Origin: an uncultured bacterium
GTDB taxonomy: Bacteria; Bacillota_I; Bacilli_A; RF39; UBA660
Assembly: GCA_945935525.1 (NCBI GenBank)
Contig: CAMERI010000004.1
Span: 9,645 to 73,644, forward strand
Direction of reading: 5' to 3'
Length of the DNA: 64,000 bases
Shown piece after piece: positions 18,228-28,866 of this stretch (the first letter of the stretch is position 1; each line of letters starts with the position of its first letter). The notes below the pieces were generated by a model. It searched no databases. It was not told where the DNA came from and worked only from the letters and a program-made list of their open reading frames with translations. The position numbers and the translations under genes are program-made.

Positions 18228-20162
18228 ATGAAAAAATTACTATTATTAACTAAAATATTTATATTCACATTTTTCTCTATTATTATAATAATTTTAAGTC
18301 TTTATGCTTATGCTTTTATCACACCTAAGTTTAATATTAATACAAGTAAGAGTATAACTTATTATGATAAATATGGTAATGATTTATTCCAAGAAAGAGA
18401 AAAAAATGATTATGTAGAACTTTCTAACATCAATGATTATGTTAAAAATGCTATTGTTTCTATTGAAGATAAAAACTTTTATAATCATAAAGGTTTTGAT
18501 TATTTAAGAATAGCTAAAGCTATGTTTGTAAATATAAAAAGTAAAAAAATTAAAGAAGGAGCCTCTACTATATCACAACAATATATTAAGAATTTATATT
18601 TAACTTTCGATAAAACATGGGAAAGAAAAATACAAGAAGCACTTCTTACTTTAGAACTTGAAACCCATTACTCTAAAAATGAAATACTAGAAGGATATTT
18701 AAATACTATAGATTTTGGTGCTGGTAATTACGGAATTAAAGAAGCAAGCAAATATTATTTCAATAAAGAACCTAAAGATCTAACACTTGCTGAAGCATCT
18801 ATTATAGTTGGTATACCTAAAAACCCTAGTTATTATAATCCGGTTACTCATTATAAGAATGCAAAAGATAGACAAAAAGATGTACTATCTAGTATGGTTA
18901 AAAACAAACTTATAACTACAGATGACATGAATAAAGCATATGACGAAGAATTAAAATTTTATGGAAAAAATGATAAAGTAGAACTTTCAAGTATTTATTA
19001 TTACAAAGATGCTGTTTTAAAAGAACTTTCAAATATAAAAGAAATACCATCTTCTCTACTTGATATGGAAGGTCTTAAAATATACACTAATCTTGATAAA
19101 GATGTACAAAAAAATCTAGAAAATAATGTTGATAGAGAAATGAAAGACACTACTTTACAGGTAGCTTCTGTAGTAATAATGCCAACGAATGGTAAAATAG
19201 TTGCTCTAATTGGAGGCAAAGATTACTCAGTATCACAGTACAATAGAGCATACTCTTCAAAAAGACAAGTCGGCTCAACAATTAAACCTTTTCTTTATTA
19301 TAGTGCCCTTGAAAATGGATTTACTCCTTCAAGCACATTTCTAAGTGAAAGAACAACATTCAATCTAGGTGACACTATGTATTCCCCAAGAAATGCAGGT
19401 AATATCTATGCAAATAAAAATATTTCTATGTTATCAGCTATCGCATATTCAGATAATATTTATGCTATGAAAACACATCTCTTCTTAGGAACTGATATGC
19501 TATCTAAAACAATAAAACGTGTTGGTATCAAAACAGAAGTAAAAGAAAATGCTTCTTCTGCCTTAGGTACTACTGAAATAAACATGATAGACTTTTCTAA
19601 TGGATTTATTACTCTTGCTAACGAAGGTAAACATGAAAGTCCACACCTTATTGAAAAAGTAACTGATAACACAGGTAAGATTCTTTATGAATATAAATAT
19701 AATGAAGACTACGTATTAAATAAAAAATATGTATATATTCTAAACAACTTATTAACATCTACTTATAACTATAGTCTTATTAATTATACTTCTCCAACAC
19801 TAGTTAGTATAGGAAATGAACTAAAAGGCAAATATGCAGCTAAAAGTGGTAGTACATCAACAGATTACTGGACTGTAGGCTATAATAAAGACTATTTAAT
19901 GATTGTTTGGGCTGGAAACGATGACAATACTGATGTTAAATCAAAAGACTCTAAAATAACTAAAAAAATATGGGCTAAAACAATTACTTCTATTAAAGAC
20001 AATAAAAATGAATGGTATGATATACCTAAAGGAATAACTGCTGCATCAATAAACTCAATTAGTGGAGATCCTAATAGTAATGGCTTTGTATGCTACTACG
20101 AAAAAGGATCAGAACCTACATATGATTTAAATTTTTCTAATATAAAAGACTCTTTTAATTAA
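18228..20162 (+). CDS. Class A penicillin-binding protein (PbpG/PBP2d-like)
   Basis: EDKNFY, GASTISQQ, RKIQE; SxxK (STIK), SxN (SDN), KSG. Confidence 0.92.
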   Translation: MKKLLLLTKIFIFTFFSIIIIILSLYAYAFITPKFNINTSKSITYYDKYGNDLFQEREKNDYVELSNINDYVKNAIVSIEDKNFYNHKGFDYLRIAKAMFVNIKSKKIKEGASTISQQYIKNLYLTFDKTWERKIQEALLTLELETHYSKNEILEGYLNTIDFGAGNYGIKEASKYYFNKEPKDLTLAEASIIVGIPKNPSYYNPVTHYKNAKDRQKDVLSSMVKNKLITTDDMNKAYDEELKFYGKNDKVELSSIYYYKDAVLKELSNIKEIPSSLLDMEGLKIYTNLDKDVQKNLENNVDREMKDTTLQVASVVIMPTNGKIVALIGGKDYSVSQYNRAYSSKRQVGSTIKPFLYYSALENGFTPSSTFLSERTTFNLGDTMYSPRNAGNIYANKNISMLSAIAYSDNIYAMKTHLFLGTDMLSKTIKRVGIKTEVKENASSALGTTEINMIDFSNGFITLANEGKHESPHLIEKVTDNTGKILYEYKYNEDYVLNKKYVYILNNLLTSTYNYSLINYTSPTLVSIGNELKGKYAAKSGSTSTDYWTVGYNKDYLMIVWAGNDDNTDVKSKDSKITKKIWAKTITSIKDNKNEWYDIPKGITAASINSISGDPNSNGFVCYYEKGSEPTYDLNFSNIKDSFN

Positions 20163-20173
20163 GAGTCTATTTT

Positions 20174-21331
20174 TTATTCTTCTAATTTAGTTCCACAATT
20201 ACTACAGAACTTACCTACAGCTATTTCTCCACAATTAGGACATTTCTTTGGTTCAGGTACATCTTCTACTTTAACTTCTTCATTATTGAATATTGTACCC
20301 ATCTCTGGTTGATTAGTCTCAGGTTTATAACCATTAACATCAGTACCATTATTTATAGCACCCATCATATTATTAACAGCACCACTAGCCATATTCATAC
20401 CCATGAATCCCATCATAGCACCATTCTCATTAGAAGATGCATTTCTTAAAGCATCAGCAGAAGCACTAGCCATTAATCCAGATTGTAAATTCTTATTTGA
20501 GAATATAGTTGCTTCATCAATCTTATTAACTTTAATCATAGATTCATCAGTAAGATTAATGTCTCCGATAGCTACATCTACTACTTCTAAACCAAAATTC
20601 TTTTTCCAAGAATCATCTAAACATACATTCATTTCTTCAGAAATATCACCATTATATAGACCTATATCTCCAAAAGAAACTTTATGTTTTCTCATAACAA
20701 CAGTAATTGCTTGAGTTAATTTTTCTATAAACTTAGATTGTAATTGACTACCAATAACATCTTCATAATAAACTGTATCGGCAGCATTAGCTCCTATAAC
20801 ACTATTTACTAACATAATTGGATCTGCTACTTTAAATGCATATTCACCAAAGAATGTTACTTCTAACATACCATATTTTTCATCGGTAATCTTTCTAGGT
20901 TGTGGTGAACCAAATTTATTACCTGCGATAGTTAATAGATTTACATAGTAAACTCTTTGATCTTTAGCAGTTTGTCCTCCATAAGTAAAACGTTTTCCAA
21001 TAGTCTTAAATGTATCTATAATACCTTTTCCAAGTCCACCAGTAAATATACTAGGTTCACTACTAGTATCAAAATAAAATGTACCCGCATCAGCAGTAAA
21101 TTCCTTTATTTCACCATTTTCAATAAGCATCATTGCCATACCTTGAGGTACTACAATAGTACTTCCATTAGTAATAATACCATCACTCGGATTGCTATTA
21201 CCATTTCCATGATTAACAATTCCTCTTTGAATTAATACATTTTTTGAAATAGTTGGACAAGTGACAAACTCTTTAAATTGATCTCCAAGAGCAGTAGTAG
21301 TAGCCCCTGATAAAGCCTTAATTAATCCCAT
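20174..21331 (-). CDS. SPFH-domain protein with C-terminal zinc ribbon
   Basis: NGS.IVV..G, FTYGG....DQRVYYVN, KFGSP; CPNCG...FCSNCG. Confidence 0.8.
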   Translation of the reverse strand: MGLIKALSGATTTALGDQFKEFVTCPTISKNVLIQRGIVNHGNGNSNPSDGIITNGSTIVVPQGMAMMLIENGEIKEFTADAGTFYFDTSSEPSIFTGGLGKGIIDTFKTIGKRFTYGGQTAKDQRVYYVNLLTIAGNKFGSPQPRKITDEKYGMLEVTFFGEYAFKVADPIMLVNSVIGANAADTVYYEDVIGSQLQSKFIEKLTQAITVVMRKHKVSFGDIGLYNGDISEEMNVCLDDSWKKNFGLEVVDVAIGDINLTDESMIKVNKIDEATIFSNKNLQSGLMASASADALRNASSNENGAMMGFMGMNMASGAVNNMMGAINNGTDVNGYKPETNQPEMGTIFNNEEVKVEDVPEPKKCPNCGEIAVGKFCSNCGTKLEE

Positions 21332-21426
21332 AACGATTACCTCTTTTCTATAATTCTAAATTAATTATAACATTTATATTTTCTTAGTAAATAATTTTTT
21401 ATTTTAAAATGTAAAGTAAAAACACA

Positions 21427-22665
21427 CTACATAGGTGTGTTCTTGTTAATTTCAATAACTATTTGATACTTATCAGTTAAATCCACTTCACTTGTCTCAA
21501 TTAAACTACTTACTTCAGATAATCCACTAACAAAATCTCTAACTTTATTAATTACTTTTGGTAAATTTACTTCTCCATATTCATTAAGTAATGAGTCTTC
21601 ATCAGGTTTTTCTTCTTTTACTTCTTCTTGTTCTTCATGAAATTTATATGGGTTAAAATATGTATTATTAGTAGTTGTATTATTTACTGATCCATCATTC
21701 TTAACAAAATTTACTGGTTCACTTTCAACTTCATTATTTGTATTATAAGAATTATTAGTATTTTCACTTATAAATGGAGTTTCCATATTACTTGATATTT
21801 CATTATTTGTTGTAACATTGTTATTCATATTATTTTGAACTGGATTAACACTTTGAAATGGATTTATTATTTCAGTGTCATCAGTATATTCAGTTAATGT
21901 AGACGTTTCAGGTTCTATAGAAACTACTTCAGGAACCTTAATATCTAAATATTCTTCTACTGGATTATTACCAATAACTTGTTCTTTACTTTCAACAACT
22001 GGCTCAGGTTTCAAGAACTTTTGAATATCAGATGGTAATTCTTCTTTTTCTATTTTATCTCTATTTAATAATTCACTAACTGCTTCTTCTGTTTGTCTAA
22101 CAGTTAATTTTTCACTAGTAATTCTATGTAATAAACTCTTTTGTAAATCTTCATTATTAAGTGATAATAAACTTCTAGCGTGTCTTTCAGATATTCTATT
22201 ATACAAAAGAGCATCTTGTACTTCTTTTGGTAAATTTAAAAGTCTCATTTTATTAGCAACTGCTGATTGACTTATTCCAAGTTTAATAGCTATATCTTCT
22301 TGAGTAAATCCTCTATCCATTAATTTCTTATATGATTGAGCTTCCTCAATAACAGATAAATTCTTTCTTTGAAGATTCTCAAGTAAAGCTATCTCAGCAC
22401 TAGTATTATCATCGGTATTGTTTATAATAGCAGGAATTTTTTTAAGACCAGCAATACAAGAAGCTTTATATCTTCTTTCACCTGCAATTATTTCATATTT
22501 TTCACCAATACTTCTAAGTACTATAGGTTGAATAACACCATACTTAATAATAGAATTAGCAAGTTCATTTAATTCTTTCTCGTCAAAAGCAAGTCTTGGT
22601 TGAAATCTATTAGGTATAATATCTTCAACAGGTATATAATAAATTTTATCTTTATTCTCGTCCAT
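21427..22665 (-). CDS. noc: ParB-family CTPase, Noc-like, with a long low-complexity insertion
   Basis: PNRFQPR, IAGERR, ENLQR; QSAVANK and ERHAR are Noc-type; position after rsmG is the noc locus. Confidence 0.75.
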   Translation of the reverse strand: MDENKDKIYYIPVEDIIPNRFQPRLAFDEKELNELANSIIKYGVIQPIVLRSIGEKYEIIAGERRYKASCIAGLKKIPAIINNTDDNTSAEIALLENLQRKNLSVIEEAQSYKKLMDRGFTQEDIAIKLGISQSAVANKMRLLNLPKEVQDALLYNRISERHARSLLSLNNEDLQKSLLHRITSEKLTVRQTEEAVSELLNRDKIEKEELPSDIQKFLKPEPVVESKEQVIGNNPVEEYLDIKVPEVVSIEPETSTLTEYTDDTEIINPFQSVNPVQNNMNNNVTTNNEISSNMETPFISENTNNSYNTNNEVESEPVNFVKNDGSVNNTTTNNTYFNPYKFHEEQEEVKEEKPDEDSLLNEYGEVNLPKVINKVRDFVSGLSEVSSLIETSEVDLTDKYQIVIEINKNTPM

Positions 22666-22744
22666 AATCTCTATCCTTTTTACCTACTATATATTCATTT
22701 TAAAGCATTTTAAAGATTTTATCAAGTTAATAACAAGATATTTA

Positions 22745-23455
22745 CTACTTATTTTTATACATTTTTAATAAAGAATTATAACTTCTAGGATACTTTTTAT
22801 TAGTCATTTTTTCTTTTTTAAATACTGGTATTACTCTATATGCATCATTTATAGGTAAACTATATACCTCTTTTTTAATAAGTTTTATTCCAAGATCATT
22901 TTCTAAATAACTATATTTCACTAATTCTTCTTCACAATAAGACTTTAATGGAACTAAAACACCATTAACTTTTACCAAAGATGTGGCCATTTCAAGTATC
23001 ATAGGTATTGATGTAACTGCTCTACAAGTAACTATATCAAACTTTTCACGTTCTTTAGAACTATAATTTTCAATTCTATCATTTATAACTATTACATTTT
23101 CTAATTTTAAAGCCTCTTTTACTGCATTTAAGAACATACATTTCTTCTGATTAGATTCAACTAATGTAACACTTACTTTAGGAAATACTATAGCTAATGG
23201 TAGTCCAGGAAAGCCAGCACCTGTACCAAAATCACATAAACTTTTTTCTTCGTTTAATTCTACTACTTTTGATAAACATAATGAATCGTAAAAATGCAAT
23301 AAGAATACATCTTTTTCTTCAAGAATAGTAGTCATATTAAATTTATTATTCCATTCTACTAGCATTTCAAAATAAGTAAAAAACTTATTATATAATTCTT
23401 CACTTATCTTAATATTTAATTTATCACAATATAATATAAATTCTTCTTTAGTCAT
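22745..23455 (-). CDS. rsmG: 16S rRNA m7G527 methyltransferase
   Basis: HFYDSL, DFGTGAGFPG, CRAV, KYPR. Confidence 0.96.
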   Translation of the reverse strand: MTKEEFILYCDKLNIKISEELYNKFFTYFEMLVEWNNKFNMTTILEEKDVFLLHFYDSLCLSKVVELNEEKSLCDFGTGAGFPGLPLAIVFPKVSVTLVESNQKKCMFLNAVKEALKLENVIVINDRIENYSSKEREKFDIVTCRAVTSIPMILEMATSLVKVNGVLVPLKSYCEEELVKYSYLENDLGIKLIKKEVYSLPINDAYRVIPVFKKEKMTNKKYPRSYNSLLKMYKNK

Positions 23456-25310
23456 TATTGTATTCCTTTTTTAAATAAACTAATAACATAGTAATATCAG
23501 ATGGATTAACACCACTTATTCTAGACGCTTGTCCAATAGTTAAAGGTCTAATCTTACTAAATTTTTGTCTTGCTTCAGTAGCTATATTAGGTACTTTTTC
23601 ATAATCTATATCTTCAGGTATTTGTTTATTTTCAAGCTTTAACATCTTTTCTACTTCAGCTTTAGTCTTATCTATATAACCTTTATATTTAATTTCAATT
23701 TGAACCATATCAGCTATCTTCTTATCATATGATTTATTCATAAATCCGAGTAAAACACATATATCTATTTCAGGTCTTTTTACTAAATCTTTTAAAGATG
23801 TTCTTCCATATATTTTAGATGAATTAATACTTTCTAAGAACTTATTTACTTCATCAGTAGATGTTAAATAAGTACTATTTAAGTAGTCTTCTAACTCATT
23901 AATATCATTAACCATTTTAGTAAATATTTGATACTTTTCATCATTTATAAGACCAAGTTTTCTACCATAAGGAGTTAGTCTTAATGCCGCATTATCATGT
24001 CTTAAAAGTAATCTAAATTCAGCACGAGAAGTTAATAATCTATATGGTTCTGTTATACCCTTATTAATCAAGTCATCAATAAGTACACCTATATATGCTT
24101 CATTTCTTTTTAATATAAATGGCTCTTTTCCTTGTAACTTCAAAGATGCATTTATACCTGCCATAAGCCCTTGAGCAGCAGCTTCTTCATAACCACTAGT
24201 ACCATTTATTTGACCAGCAGTAAATAAGTTTTCTAGTACTTTATTCTCTAATGACATCTTTAATTGTAATGGATCTATTGCATCATATTCAATTGCATAA
24301 CCATACTTAGTTATTACAACATTATGAAGACCATTCATAGTTTTTAATAATTTTTCTTGAATTTCATGAGGCATAGTAGTAGAAAAACCACCAACATAAT
24401 ACTCTATATCATCACTACGTTCAGGTTCTAAGAATATTTGATGTCTATCTTTATCATTAAATTTAACTACTTTATCCTCAATAGATGGACAATAACGAGG
24501 ACCTATTCCTTTAATCATTCCACTATATAAAGCACATTTATCTAAGTTATCCATAATTATTTTATGTGTTTCTTTATTAGTGTAAGTTAAATAACAAGGT
24601 GTTTGCTTATTAACATCGTATGTTGCATCATAAAAATTACTAAATGTAAGTGGTTCTTTGTCTCCTTCTTCAATTTGTATTTCATCAAAATTAATACTGC
24701 TTTTTAATATTCTAGGAGGAGTACCAGTCTTTAATCTAATAATATTTATACCATTCTTTTGAAGAGAATCACTTAAATACATAGAATTCTTTTCACCATG
24801 AGGCCCACCTTTATGTTTTTCATGACCACACATAATATCAGAATTTAAATATGTTCCAGTCGTAAGAATAACTGCTTTACTTTCAATTCTTTCTCCATCT
24901 TCAGTAATAATTCCACATACTTTTTTATCTTCAACAATTAGTTCTTTAACTATTTCTTCTTTAATATCTAAATTTTTAGTTTCTCTTAAAGTCTTTAACA
25001 TTTCTTTAGGATAGTTTACCTTACATCCTTGACATCTTAGTGATCTAACACCAGGTCCCTTTTTTACATTAAGCATCTTAATTTGAAGATGAGTTTTATC
25101 AGCACAATAACCCATTTCTCCACCTAATGCATCTATTTCACGTACAACAATACCTTTGGCAGATCCACCTATTGATGGATTACAAGGCATGTCAGCTATA
25201 TTATTTATATTAATTGTAATAAGCAAAGTCTTTTCACCCATTCTAGCACACGCTAAAGAAGCTTCACATCCAGCATGACCACCACCAACAACTATAACAT
25301 CATATTTCAT
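23448..25310 (-). CDS. mnmG: tRNA modification enzyme MnmG/GidA
   Basis: GGGHAGCEA, CNPSIGG, KTGTPPR, GPRYCPSIEDK, GQINGTSGYEEA. Confidence 0.98.
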   Translation of the reverse strand: MKYDVIVVGGGHAGCEASLACARMGEKTLLITININNIADMPCNPSIGGSAKGIVVREIDALGGEMGYCADKTHLQIKMLNVKKGPGVRSLRCQGCKVNYPKEMLKTLRETKNLDIKEEIVKELIVEDKKVCGIITEDGERIESKAVILTTGTYLNSDIMCGHEKHKGGPHGEKNSMYLSDSLQKNGINIIRLKTGTPPRILKSSINFDEIQIEEGDKEPLTFSNFYDATYDVNKQTPCYLTYTNKETHKIIMDNLDKCALYSGMIKGIGPRYCPSIEDKVVKFNDKDRHQIFLEPERSDDIEYYVGGFSTTMPHEIQEKLLKTMNGLHNVVITKYGYAIEYDAIDPLQLKMSLENKVLENLFTAGQINGTSGYEEAAAQGLMAGINASLKLQGKEPFILKRNEAYIGVLIDDLINKGITEPYRLLTSRAEFRLLLRHDNAALRLTPYGRKLGLINDEKYQIFTKMVNDINELEDYLNSTYLTSTDEVNKFLESINSSKIYGRTSLKDLVKRPEIDICVLLGFMNKSYDKKIADMVQIEIKYKGYIDKTKAEVEKMLKLENKQIPEDIDYEKVPNIATEARQKFSKIRPLTIGQASRISGVNPSDITMLLVYLKKEYNND

Positions 25311-25320
25311 TATTTATCAT

Positions 25321-26673
25321 CTACTTTCCAAGACAGAACTTGCTAAATATTTCATTTAACAAGTCGTCACTTCCAACTTCACCAGTTATTTCACCTAAAG
25401 TTTCCCATAATCTCTTAACATCTATTTCAATCATATCTACTTCTAAATCATTATTAACAGCATTTTCAATCTCATCAACTATACTTAATGATTTATTTAA
25501 TAAAGCTATTTGTCTAGCATTAGATATATACGTATAATTTGATTCAGCAATTGATTTTAAATCAAATATACAAGAGATTTTATCTTTAAGTTTTTCTATC
25601 ATATTACTATCAAATGTTGAAATATTAATAGAATTATAACTACTTAGTTCATCAACTTTATAATCTTTTATCTTATCATTTTTATTATAAACTACCAGTA
25701 TTTCTTTATCTTTAATTTTATCAAGTACTTCTTTGTCTTCCTTATCAAACCCATCTTCACTATCGATAACAAAAAGTACTAAATCAGCTTCATCTATCGC
25801 ATCTACACTTCTTTTAACACCAATTGCTTCAACTACATCATTAGTTTCTCTTATACCAGCTGTATCTAATATATCAATTTTGACTCCATCAATCATTAAA
25901 GTACCCTCTACTATATCACGAGTAGTTCCTTTTATATCAGTAACAATTGCCTTATTTTCGTTTAATAATGAATTTAAAATACTACTTTTACCAACATTAG
26001 GTTTACCAACAATAACAATTTTAAGACCATTTTTTATGAGTAATCCTTTTTTACTATTTTTAAGTAATTTTCCTACTTTTTCTCTTATAAATTCATTTGT
26101 ATCATTTATCATTTCTTTAGTCACAACTATTGCATCTTCATATTCAGGATAATCTATATTTACTTCAATATTAGCAATTAACGCAAGAACCTTCTCTTTT
26201 AATTCATTTATTTCACCAAATATAGTTTTATCAACACCTTTAAGTGCCATCTTTCTTGAACTTTCTGTTTGAGCATTTATAAGGTCTCCAACTGCTTCAG
26301 CCTGAGTTAAATCTATTCTACCATTTAAGAATGCTCTTTTTAAAAACTCTCCTGGTTCAGCAAGTCTAGCACCATTTGATAATACTAATTCCATAACTTT
26401 GTTAACAGATGCACTACCACCATGCACACTAATTTCAACTATATCCTCAGTAGTAAAACTTTTAGGAGCTCTAAATACAGATAAAAATACTTCATCAATT
26501 TTTTCATCATTTTCCATCATAAAACCATAATGTACTGTATGACTTGATACATTACTTATATCCTTTGAAAATATTTTATTTGCTACATTAATAGAATCCT
26601 TTCCACTAATTCTAATAACATTAATAGAACTTTCCCCAATAGTTGTAGCAACTGCTGCTATAGTATCTTCCAT
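25321..26673 (-). CDS. mnmE: tRNA modification GTPase MnmE
   Basis: GKPNVGKSS, GTTRD, DTAG, C-terminal FCLGK. Confidence 0.98.
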   Translation of the reverse strand: MEDTIAAVATTIGESSINVIRISGKDSINVANKIFSKDISNVSSHTVHYGFMMENDEKIDEVFLSVFRAPKSFTTEDIVEISVHGGSASVNKVMELVLSNGARLAEPGEFLKRAFLNGRIDLTQAEAVGDLINAQTESSRKMALKGVDKTIFGEINELKEKVLALIANIEVNIDYPEYEDAIVVTKEMINDTNEFIREKVGKLLKNSKKGLLIKNGLKIVIVGKPNVGKSSILNSLLNENKAIVTDIKGTTRDIVEGTLMIDGVKIDILDTAGIRETNDVVEAIGVKRSVDAIDEADLVLFVIDSEDGFDKEDKEVLDKIKDKEILVVYNKNDKIKDYKVDELSSYNSINISTFDSNMIEKLKDKISCIFDLKSIAESNYTYISNARQIALLNKSLSIVDEIENAVNNDLEVDMIEIDVKRLWETLGEITGEVGSDDLLNEIFSKFCLGK

Positions 26674-26753
26674 ATATTAGTCTCCTTTTTCTTCACGCTA
26701 GATTATAACACAATATAATTAATATGTAAAACAAAAAGTATGCATTTCGCATA

Positions 26754-27377
26754 CTATTCATCTTCTTTATTATCTGTGTATTTAATAACTACACATCTAT
26801 TTGGTTCTTCTCCTTCACTTTCAGTTTTAATATATTTAAAACCTTGAAGAGCTGAATGAACAACTTTTCTTTCATAAGAGTTCATTGGATCTAACTTAAC
26901 ATCTACTTTTGACAAAGTTACATCTCTAGCTATTTTCTTAACCTTCTTTTCTAAGAAGTAATTTTGTTTTTCCTTATATCCTTCAACATCAATTGTAATA
27001 TTTACATATAAATCAATTGCATTTAATACTGCTTGTCTTACATATGTTTGAATTGAATCAAGTATATGACCATTCTTTCCAATTAATAATGAATTATTTT
27101 GAGAATGTAATCCATAATAGATTTGTCCATCTCTAATTTTAGTTTCAACATTAGCACTTACTCCCATAGAAGATAACAATTCTTTAATTATTTCTTTTCC
27201 TACTTCAGCAACGTCACTAATTTTAATTACTTCTAGTGTATATTTTTTACCACTAAATAATCCACCTTTTTCTTCATATGATCTAGTAATTACATCTTCT
27301 TCTTTAACTCCTAGTTCATTTAATGCTTTATTTAAAAGTCCTTCTTCACTTTTAGCTTGAAATTTATACTTCTCCAT
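26754..27377 (-). CDS. jag: Jag/KhpB (EloR) RNA-binding protein
   Basis: Jag_N, KH (LIGKNG), R3H (ERKVVH, SEGEEPNR). Confidence 0.93.
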   Translation of the reverse strand: MEKYKFQAKSEEGLLNKALNELGVKEEDVITRSYEEKGGLFSGKKYTLEVIKISDVAEVGKEIIKELLSSMGVSANVETKIRDGQIYYGLHSQNNSLLIGKNGHILDSIQTYVRQAVLNAIDLYVNITIDVEGYKEKQNYFLEKKVKKIARDVTLSKVDVKLDPMNSYERKVVHSALQGFKYIKTESEGEEPNRCVVIKYTDNKEDE

Positions 27378-27381
27378 ATTA

Positions 27382-28299
27382 CTACAACTTACCTTTCTTT
27401 AATATCAAGTTTTGAACAACAGTAAATCCATTTGAAACTATCCAATATAAAGCTATAGATGTTGGTAAACTAAATGAAACTATTGATATAAATACTATCA
27501 TAAATGTACTCATCATTTTCATCTGTTTAGCCTGTTCAGCATCTCCACTTACATTCATATTCTTAAATGAGAAATATGTTGCTCCAATAATTAATAATAT
27601 AAGAATTATATACCAGTAATTACCAGCTTTAAATCCTTCAAGTGGCGTAGTACCTAAATTAAATACTAAGAAATTCTTTTCAAAGAATGCTGGTACTCTA
27701 TATACAGCTTCTAAAAATGCAAAGAATATTGGTAATTGTAAGAATGAGAATAAGCATCCTGACAATGGACTAATATCATATTTCTTATAAATAAGCAACA
27801 TTTCTTGACTCTTAGCCATCATAGCATCTCTATCTGCTTCTCTACCTTTATACTTTTTCTCTAACTTATTTAAATCTTTTTGAGCTTTTTGCATATTTTC
27901 ACTCATATTAACAGATTTTTTAGATAAAGGGAACATTATAGCTCTAAGTATAAGTCCAACAATCATAATTGCTACACCATAGTTTTTAACAAGTAATCCA
28001 ACCTTAACAATTACCCAAGCCAATGGTTTAACAAATATTGATGTCCATAATCCCTCATAACCACCAGAATTAATTTTTAAATCTTTACAAGCAGGTAAAT
28101 TATCATATTCAACGATCAAATTATCCTTATTGTTTTCATATAATTCTTTTAATTCAGCACTTTCTGGCTTACATATTATGTTTGAAACATAACTCTTTTC
28201 TACCTTCTTACCATCAATATCAACTTCAGTATTAAATCTTTTAGTACATCCACAAAGTGTTAACATTAATAGAAGAACGATAGCAACCTTCTTCTTCAT
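27382..28299 (-). CDS. yidC: Membrane protein insertase YidC/SpoIIIJ
   Basis: Lipobox LCGC, GCL..LQLPIF, ALYWIVSN. Confidence 0.95.
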   Translation of the reverse strand: MKKKVAIVLLLMLTLCGCTKRFNTEVDIDGKKVEKSYVSNIICKPESAELKELYENNKDNLIVEYDNLPACKDLKINSGGYEGLWTSIFVKPLAWVIVKVGLLVKNYGVAIMIVGLILRAIMFPLSKKSVNMSENMQKAQKDLNKLEKKYKGREADRDAMMAKSQEMLLIYKKYDISPLSGCLFSFLQLPIFFAFLEAVYRVPAFFEKNFLVFNLGTTPLEGFKAGNYWYIILILLIIGATYFSFKNMNVSGDAEQAKQMKMMSTFMIVFISIVSFSLPTSIALYWIVSNGFTVVQNLILKKGKL

Positions 28300-28619
28300 T
28301 ATTTTTCTCCTCTCAATAATTTAAGTAATTCATTACTTACTTCTTGATATGAACTACCTAAAATGTTAGTCCTTAATATTATAACATAATCATTAGAAGA
28401 ATTAATAACATTTTTCATTAGTATATCTTTAACTCTTCTTTTATATAAGTTTCTAGTATGAGCTTTTCCAATCTTTTTACCAACACTTATACAAAATCTA
28501 TTATATCCTAAGGAATTTTTGGCAAAATAAAGCACAAAAAATTTATTATATTTTTTGTTAGATTTTTTTATTATTTCTTGTATTTCTTCATTCTTTCTTA
28601 CTATAAATTTTTTATTCAT
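28299..28619 (-). CDS. rnpA: RNase P protein subunit
   Basis: RFCISVGKKIGKAHTRNLYKRR; synteny. Confidence 0.95.
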   Translation of the reverse strand: MNKKFIVRKNEEIQEIIKKSNKKYNKFFVLYFAKNSLGYNRFCISVGKKIGKAHTRNLYKRRVKDILMKNVINSSNDYVIILRTNILGSSYQEVSNELLKLLRGEK

Positions 28620-28674
28620 ATCTGCCTCTAGAAAATATTATATAAAAAAAATTACTTATTTTAAAGTAATTTAT

Positions 28675-28797
28675 TTATTTTGATAATTCTTTTCTTCCTT
28701 TTGCTCTTCTAGATTTTAATACATTAGTACCTTTTCTTGCTAAAAATCCTGAAGTTTTTGCTTTCTTTCTATTATTAGGTTGAAATGTTCTTTTCAT
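28675..28797 (-). CDS. rpmH: 50S ribosomal protein L34 (40 aa; absent from the ORF track)
   Basis: Manual translation [40 protein letters not shown]; GGAGG RBS. Confidence 0.95.
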   Translation of the reverse strand: MKRTFQPNNRKKAKTSGFLARKGTNVLKSRRAKGRKELSK

Positions 28798-28866
28798 TGA
28801 TTTTACCTCCATTTCTTCTCTCGACTGAGTTAGATTATATACTAACAAGTCAAAATTGTCAATTAT

